Source: Felis catus
Lineage: Eukaryota
Direction of reading: 5' to 3'
Length of the DNA: 64,000 bases
Assembly: GCF_018350175.1 (NCBI RefSeq)
Contig: NC_058368.1
Location: 125,490,001-125,554,000 of the forward strand
Part shown: piece after piece, positions 63,725 to 64,000 of the stretch
Numbering within the stretch: the stretch's first letter is position 1
Layout: every line of letters begins with the position of its first letter
Program-made: the position numbers and the translations under genes
The notes under the pieces: generated by a model
What the model saw: only the letters and a program-made list of their open reading frames with translations
The model's database searches: none
Told to the model about the DNA's origin: nothing

Positions 63725-64000
63725 TAATTATTTATTTTATTTTATTTTTTCTATTCTATTCTATTCTATTCTATTCTATTCTATTCTATTCTATTCTGTT
63801 ATTCTATTCTATTTCTAATATAGTTAACTTACAGTGTTACATTAGTTTCAGACATATAATATAGTGATTCAGCATTTCCATACATCTTCAGTGCTCATCA
63901 CGACAAGTGCCCTCCTTAATCCCTGTCACCTGTTTAACCTATCCCCCCACCCATCTCCCCTCTTGTAACCGTAACTTTGTTCTCAATAGTTAAGAGTCTA
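63725..64000 (-). mobile_element. Carnivore L1 3' end with a (AATAG)n-converted tail, running off the window
   Basis: (CTATT)9 at 63751-63795; acagtgttacattagtttcag...cagtgctcatcacgacaagtgccctccttaatccc. Confidence 0.88.

Noticed and set aside
1..64000. CRISPR array, prokaryotic insert, NUMT or processed pseudogene
   Set aside because: I see no regularly spaced repeats, gene-dense segment, mitochondrial-like sequence or recognisable mRNA-derived frame.

Overview
Mammalian genomic DNA from a felid (cat or close relative), judged by 18 tRNA-derived Can-SINEs of the SINEC_Fc type and two young feline L1 (L1_Fc-type) 3' fragments. I find no recognisable host protein-coding gene, RNA gene, CpG island or CRISPR array. 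The long ORFs are L1 ORF2 C-termini, SINE-derived frames or chance frames. About half the window is layered transposon debris: L2, L3/CR1, MIR, HAL1, old L1M, MaLR/ERV-L/ERV1 LTRs, an ERV-L integrase-dUTPase remnant, and hAT/Tigger MITEs. L1s, LTRs and SINEs lie mostly on the minus strand, which hints that the window is inside a long intron of a plus-strand gene. The best observations are structural: a near loop-free SINE-in-SINE inverted repeat (26.7-27.1 kb), a twin-primed L1 whose junction creates an RFX-like motif, a near-complete HAL1, a candidate recursive splice site, a few candidate exons, and motif clusters (AP-1/NF-kB, CTCF, a perfect X-box). I do not see convincing evidence for a new biological system. 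Repeat subfamily names come from recalled consensus sequences, not a database search, and boundaries of old repeats are approximate.
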